A DNA stretch of 64,000 bases from positions 164,333 to 228,332 of the forward strand of contig JAUQPB010000003.1 of the NCBI GenBank assembly GCA_030550585.1, in the 5' to 3' direction. Below, one piece after another: positions 59,495 through 64,000 of this stretch (positions are counted from its first letter, which is position 1; every line of letters starts with the position of its first letter). The position numbers and the translations under genes are program-made. Source of the stretch: Thermoproteota archaeon (GTDB lineage Archaea; Thermoproteota; Thermoprotei_A; Sulfolobales; Ignisphaeraceae). The notes under the pieces are model-generated. The model saw only the letters and a list, made by a program, of their open reading frames with translations, ran no database searches and was not told the DNA's origin.

Positions 59495-60568
59495 TTGATG
59501 ACAATATGGCTAGATGTTTTAACGCCAAAGCAGGCAAAGCTTTTTGGCCATATCTATCTAAGCCTAAGAGAAAATGGCTACAAGGTTATTCTAACTGCAA
59601 GGAACTATGAATATACACTCTCTGTCTTAAGGAGCATTGGCGTAGAATACAAAGCTGTTGGACAATATGTTGAGGGTTTAAAAGAAAAGGTCGTTGAAGA
59701 GGCGAAAAGGATGCTGTCTCTTCTTGAGATTTTAGAGAATTTCGATGTTTTGATAGCCTTTCCCAACCCAGTTGCATCTAGAATAGCCTTTGGCTTAGGA
59801 AAACCATACATAGCATTTACTGACAGCCCTCATAGCAAGGCTCCATCAAGACTTTCCCTACCTCTTTCAACTGCCGTCATATTTTCTTCGTGTATTCCTA
59901 GAGAAGAGATTGAAAAATATATATACAGAGAAGGAACTATCATTAGACAATTCCACGGCGTAGATGAGGTAGAGTGGCTAAAAGAATTCAATCCAGACCC
60001 TCACTACATAAGTAAATGGGGTTTAGAACCATACGAATATGTTGTGATTAGACCGCCAGAGACAAAGGCCTCATATTACACAATGCAGGGACATAACATT
60101 GTTGCACTACTTGAAAAGATTATCGCAGAATCCATAGCAAAAGGATACAAGGTTTTTTACATACCAAGATATAAAGACGATCCTCTAATGCATAAACATG
60201 AAGGGAATCCAAATGTCATTATACCAAGTAATACTGAAGATGTAGACGCTTCGAAGATCAGCTACTATGCAAAACTTGTTATTACCGGTGGGGGAACTAT
60301 GGCAAGAGAAGCAGCACTACTTGGAACACCAGGACTGTGCCTATTTCCAACTAGGCTTTATGTAAATGAGTGTGTATCTGAATGGGGATTTCCACTATTC
60401 CATGTACCAGAAGTGCAAAAAGCATATGAAACATTTAGACATTTAATAGATACGCCGGCCAACCAATTAGAGCAGTATAAAGTGCTCGCAAAAGAGAGAA
60501 TCCGCCTTCTCGAAACACCATCACAAGCACTCAAAAACGTCTTAAAAGAGATAGAAAAGGGGATTTAA
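59495..60568 (+). CDS. DUF354-family GT-B-like protein
   Basis: WLDVLTPKQ, TAR, RIAFGLGKP, D.PH and GGGTMAREAALLGTP. Confidence 0.82.
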   Translation: MMTIWLDVLTPKQAKLFGHIYLSLRENGYKVILTARNYEYTLSVLRSIGVEYKAVGQYVEGLKEKVVEEAKRMLSLLEILENFDVLIAFPNPVASRIAFGLGKPYIAFTDSPHSKAPSRLSLPLSTAVIFSSCIPREEIEKYIYREGTIIRQFHGVDEVEWLKEFNPDPHYISKWGLEPYEYVVIRPPETKASYYTMQGHNIVALLEKIIAESIAKGYKVFYIPRYKDDPLMHKHEGNPNVIIPSNTEDVDASKISYYAKLVITGGGTMAREAALLGTPGLCLFPTRLYVNECVSEWGFPLFHVPEVQKAYETFRHLIDTPANQLEQYKVLAKERIRLLETPSQALKNVLKEIEKGI

Positions 60569-60793
60569 ACCCCATACTCCATGTAATTTTTATGATGCCA
60601 CAATATTTTCTTATATTTGTCCTCACCAGACTGCCATAATTTCAGGATGGTTTAAAATATTCATCTCCAATAAGAGCCCAAGCTATTGTTTGATACAATC
60701 CGGAAATATATTTTGTTTTTAATATTTTAAACCCTAATCCAAGATTTTGATTCTAGGATGCTAGTATGTCAGAAGCTGTGTTGAGGTAGTAAT

Positions 60794-61477
60794 ATGCGCA
60801 CAAAGATTTTAGCTGGCATTGATGAAGCTGGAAGAGGGCCAGTTATAGGCGATATGTTCATAGCCTTGGTCGCTGTAGAAAGTAGATATCTACCAGTGCT
60901 ACAAGTAGCTGGGGTAAAAGACAGTAAAAAGCTGTCTAAAGCGAAAAGAGAGCAGTTGCTTCCCATAATATTTTCCCTTTCATCTCTGGTTATTGTAAGC
61001 AGAATTCAACCTAATCAAATAGATGAATACAATATCAACGTCTTAGAGATGAACACTATTTTAGACTTGGTTAGAAGGGCCCGAAGGTTGGTAAACCTAG
61101 AGGAGGTTTATATAGATGCTTTCACAGATCCAGGTAAAATCGTAGAAAAGGTGAGATTGGTAGACAACGACTTAAAGATTTTCGCAGAATTTAAAGCAGA
61201 TTCCAAGTATGTGGTTGTTGGGGCAGCAAGCATAGTAGCAAAGGTTCTACGTGACAAGCATATAGATGGTCTCAAAGCTATCTACGGCGATTTTGGTAGT
61301 GGCTACCCGAGTGATGGGAAAACGATAGAATGGTTGAAAAACTATTATAGACTTCATAAAGAGATTCCCCCAATTGTTAGAAGATCTTGGGCCACAGTAA
61401 AAAAGTTGCTATACGAAGAGGTTGGAAGAAGCAAAACACTATTCGACTACACTTACAACAGAGAAGCGTCTAAATAG
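60794..61477 (+). CDS. rnhB: Ribonuclease HII
   Basis: GIDEAGRGP, DSKKL, KAD, AASIVAKV, GSGYPSD and C-terminal PIP-like KTLFDY. Confidence 0.96.
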   Translation: MRTKILAGIDEAGRGPVIGDMFIALVAVESRYLPVLQVAGVKDSKKLSKAKREQLLPIIFSLSSLVIVSRIQPNQIDEYNINVLEMNTILDLVRRARRLVNLEEVYIDAFTDPGKIVEKVRLVDNDLKIFAEFKADSKYVVVGAASIVAKVLRDKHIDGLKAIYGDFGSGYPSDGKTIEWLKNYYRLHKEIPPIVRRSWATVKKLLYEEVGRSKTLFDYTYNREASK

Positions 61478-61529
61478 CTTATAATCAAGAATAGGCAACA
61501 CAGATTTTGCATAAAAAGAGGAAGAGCTA

Positions 61530-62096
61530 ATGCCAAGTTATCCAAGGTTTGTAGTAGATTCAATGCTTGGTCATGTGGCTAGATGGCTAAGGCTTTTAGG
61601 CTATGATACACTATACTATAGGAAAATAGATGATTGGAAACTTCTGAGAATAGCAAAGAACGAGGATAGAATACTTTTGACTAGGGATCAGGGGCTCTAC
61701 AATAGGGCAAAAAAGCTGCGTATAAGAGCCTTTTTTGTTGAGGATCCTGACATAAGTTCTGTTTTAGCCGAGCTTTCTACTAGGTTTAACATACAGCTAG
61801 AGTTTAATAAGAATGATACGAGGTGCCCAAACTGTAACACTCCTCTTCGCTACACAACGTCAGTTGCTGAAGTTGCGCACAAGGTCTCCAAAAACATCGC
61901 GTTGAAGTATAGGGAATTTTGGATATGCCCTTCATGCAAAAAGGTCTACTGGCAGGGCACCCACTGGAAGACGATAAATGATATTCTAGAAAATTCTAAG
62001 ATTAAAAAAGCTAGTAGGCTAGGAAACATAGCTATTAATATGAGGAGAGTTGGTGTAGAAGATAGTGGTATAGGTGCTGGAAATGAGTCAAGATGA
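61530..62096 (+). CDS. Mut7-C RNase (PIN + zinc ribbon) domain protein
   Basis: DSMLG..ARWLRLLGYDT, LTRD, RCPNCN and CPSCKKVYWQGTH. Confidence 0.9.
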   Translation: MPSYPRFVVDSMLGHVARWLRLLGYDTLYYRKIDDWKLLRIAKNEDRILLTRDQGLYNRAKKLRIRAFFVEDPDISSVLAELSTRFNIQLEFNKNDTRCPNCNTPLRYTTSVAEVAHKVSKNIALKYREFWICPSCKKVYWQGTHWKTINDILENSKIKKASRLGNIAINMRRVGVEDSGIGAGNESR

Positions 62097-62736
62097 CATC
62101 ATTTTACCTAGCGAATTGACGCTTGAGGATGGAGTTTACCTAGTGAAATTGGCTAGAAGAGCCATAGAGGAATATATAAAGAAAGGTATTAAGTTGGAGC
62201 CCGATAGAGATGCAAATAAAAAGTTTTTAAAACGTGGAATGAGCTTTGTAACCATAGAAAGAATTGTTGGCTCCAATGAGAAAGAGCTTAGGGGTTGCAT
62301 AGGATTTCTACAGCCAATCTCATCGTTGGCGAGAGTAGTAATAGAATCGGCAATCGCTGCTGCTACCGAAGACCCGAGATTCCCGCCGCTGAGAGAAGAG
62401 GAGCTAAATGAAATTGTTATAGAGGTTTCTATACTATCGCCTCCAAAACCTGTGAAAAACCCACTAAATGAAATTGTAATTGGTAGGCATGGAATAATAG
62501 TTTCGAGGGGGTGGAACTCCGGAACACTTCTACCGCAAGTTCCAATAGACTACTGTTGGGATGTAGAAACATTTCTTGCAGAAGGGTGTTTGAAGGCTGG
62601 GCTAGAGCCAGACTGTTGGTATGATCCTAAGACCAAGATATTTGTTTACGAAAGCAAGGTATTCTACGAAGAGAAGCCGTATGGCAATGTGAAAGAGCGC
62701 GATCTTAACATGGAGTATGCTACAAAATGTCAATAA
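62083..62736 (+). CDS. AMMECR1-family protein
   Basis: FVT..LRGCIG, AA.EDPRF, EVSILS, G.LLPQV and KAG. Confidence 0.92.
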   Translation: MSQDDIILPSELTLEDGVYLVKLARRAIEEYIKKGIKLEPDRDANKKFLKRGMSFVTIERIVGSNEKELRGCIGFLQPISSLARVVIESAIAAATEDPRFPPLREEELNEIVIEVSILSPPKPVKNPLNEIVIGRHGIIVSRGWNSGTLLPQVPIDYCWDVETFLAEGCLKAGLEPDCWYDPKTKIFVYESKVFYEEKPYGNVKERDLNMEYATKCQ

Positions 62737-62827
62737 GGATTTGGAGTCAAATCCAATACTACTTTTAAATTTTATATACGATATTTAGGGTATTGATGCG
62801 ACAAAACCTTGTCTAGGTGTATATTTT

Positions 62828-63358
62828 GTGATACTATCAGATTTTGATTTAATCAATTATATAAAAAGCGGAAGACTTGTAATAGAGCCTTTTTCAGATG
62901 AGATAGTTAGAGAGAATGGTCTAGACCTTAGAATTGGAGACGAAGTATGTATTTTAAACGAGGTAAACACAGTTTTAGACCCATACGACGCCAATGTCGA
63001 TATAAACACCTTTTATAACTGCTTTAAAATAGATGAAATTGTCTTCGAACCGAGGAAAATCTATTTAGCTACAACAGTTGAGTATATAAAGGTCCCTCCA
63101 GAGCTCATGGCCTTTGTAGAGCTCAGATCAACATTTGCAAGAATGGGTTTATCGATACCTCCAACAATAATCGATGGCGGATTCGAAGGTCAAATAACAA
63201 TAGAGATTCATACATCAACTTTTCCAATAAAAATCAGAAAGAACACTAGGTTTCTCCACATAGTGTTCTCAAAAGTTTCTACACCTATTCAGAAACCATA
63301 TACTGGTAGATACCAGGGGCAAAGAGGTGTTAGGCCACCGAAACTTCCAATCCAATGA
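62828..63358 (+). CDS. dcd: dCTP deaminase
   Basis: ILSD, NGLDLR, RSTFARMG, IDGGFEGQITIE and Y.GRYQGQ. Confidence 0.92.
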   Translation: MILSDFDLINYIKSGRLVIEPFSDEIVRENGLDLRIGDEVCILNEVNTVLDPYDANVDINTFYNCFKIDEIVFEPRKIYLATTVEYIKVPPELMAFVELRSTFARMGLSIPPTIIDGGFEGQITIEIHTSTFPIKIRKNTRFLHIVFSKVSTPIQKPYTGRYQGQRGVRPPKLPIQ

Positions 63359-63495
63359 AAAATAGAATCGAGTGATTTTAATTCAAGTTCTACTCTATTT
63401 CCTATGGTTTAGCTATGTTCTGAAGTTGTATGGCTATGGATGATTAAACATAATATCCTAGTTAAGCCAGATTTTTTAACGAGGAGTGCTAGCTG

Positions 63496-63849
63496 GTGAT
63501 CGAAATGTATTTCTGTCCGAAATGTGGTGCTGTTATGATTGTAAAAAATGTAGAGGGCATTTCAACGCTTATCTGTGTCAAATGTGGTTATAAAAAGGTT
63601 TTGGAAGGAAGCCTTTCTTTGGGCATGAAAAAGACCACTGTATTTACAAAATATGTTGAGAGAAGAGAGGGGGTAATGTTCGATATCCCGCCTATGGCAA
63701 TATTTGACGAGTCTATTTCATGTCCCCACTGCGGTAAGAGGGGTGTTTATTACTGGAGAAAACAAGTTTCTTCTGCTGAGAGCTCTGACTCTATAATTAA
63801 AACCTTTAAATGCTCGAACTGTGGCTATACATGGATTGAGACCGAATAG
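63496..63849 (+). CDS. TFS/RPB9-family two-zinc-ribbon protein (atypical paralog)
   Basis: FCPKCG..CVKCGY and CPHCG..CSNCGYTW; hairpin reads QVSSAESSD instead of QTRSADE. Confidence 0.8.
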   Translation: MIEMYFCPKCGAVMIVKNVEGISTLICVKCGYKKVLEGSLSLGMKKTTVFTKYVERREGVMFDIPPMAIFDESISCPHCGKRGVYYWRKQVSSAESSDSIIKTFKCSNCGYTWIETE

Positions 63850-63873
63850 TTAGAAACGACTTTGCTAAGAGAC

Positions 63874-63999
63874 CTAGGCTTTTGCTATTATAGCCTCAAT
63901 TACTCTAAGATTTTCCACAGCATCATATAGGCTCGGTCTGTAATCAGCTGGTTTTTGCTTTACGGTATTTATGAACCACTCTAATTCTCTTTTTAGCGG
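63874..63999 (-). CDS. C-terminal fragment of a probable Gfo/Idh/MocA oxidoreductase (runs off the window end)
   Basis: My translation PLKRELEWFINTVK..SLYDAVENLRVIEAIIAKA* matches the typical EPL..EL..F...DA...L.V.EA ending. Confidence 0.6.
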   Translation of the reverse strand, partial: PLKRELEWFINTVKQKPADYRPSLYDAVENLRVIEAIIAKA

Positions 64000-64000
64000 T

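Noticed and set aside
60569-60793. Half C/D motif (GATGA..CTGA, minus strand, ~60642-60665) and short frames in the gap before rnhB
   Set aside because: The second box pair is missing and there is no ORF with a credible start.
622-60966. Numerous 60-185 aa ORFs antisense to or nested in long genes (e.g. 7907-8437, 9387-9812, 31963-32520, 54776-55210)
   Set aside because: They are shadow frames of well-supported genes and carry no recognisable motifs.
63359-63495. Scattered CTGA and ATGAT motifs between dcd and the TFS paralog
   Set aside because: Their order and spacing do not form a C-D'-C'-D unit.
1-64000. tRNA/rRNA genes, IS elements, integrases, proviral genes
   Set aside because: No GC-rich structured RNA genes, terminal inverted repeats or transposase/integrase motifs were seen.

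Overview
AT-rich core-genome segment of a hyperthermophilic crenarchaeon (Thermoprotei, most likely Desulfurococcales; Ignisphaera-like is my guess from composition and gene set). It is densely coding, with about 60 CDS for housekeeping functions: PolB1, TopA, NucS, RNase HII, CDC48, thermosome, Rpo6, CysRS, LeuRS, class II RNR, PPDK, enolase, tetraether synthase, TIP49 and Nat10/TmcA. I saw no rRNA, tRNA, CRISPR array or transposase. The main layer missed by the ORF track is eight box C/D guide sRNAs (seven clear, one with a degenerate D box) in intergenic gaps, including two tandem pairs. Several have readable targets: tRNA-Lys wobble U34, a dual guide for tRNA-Gly, tRNA G10 and 16S rRNA. 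Other leads are a TIP49-wHTH-sRNA-solo Cas4 cluster, an atypical TGT/DpdA-like protein head-to-head with tetraether synthase, a degenerate Ncs6/TtuA paralog (Ctu2-like), a tandem Sm/Hfq-like protein, a TFS paralog without the catalytic hairpin, apparent gene conversion between the two CDC48 AAA modules, and a scattered WbpABED-like sugar pathway. All family calls and RNA targets come from motif reading and remembered consensus sequences, not database searches.
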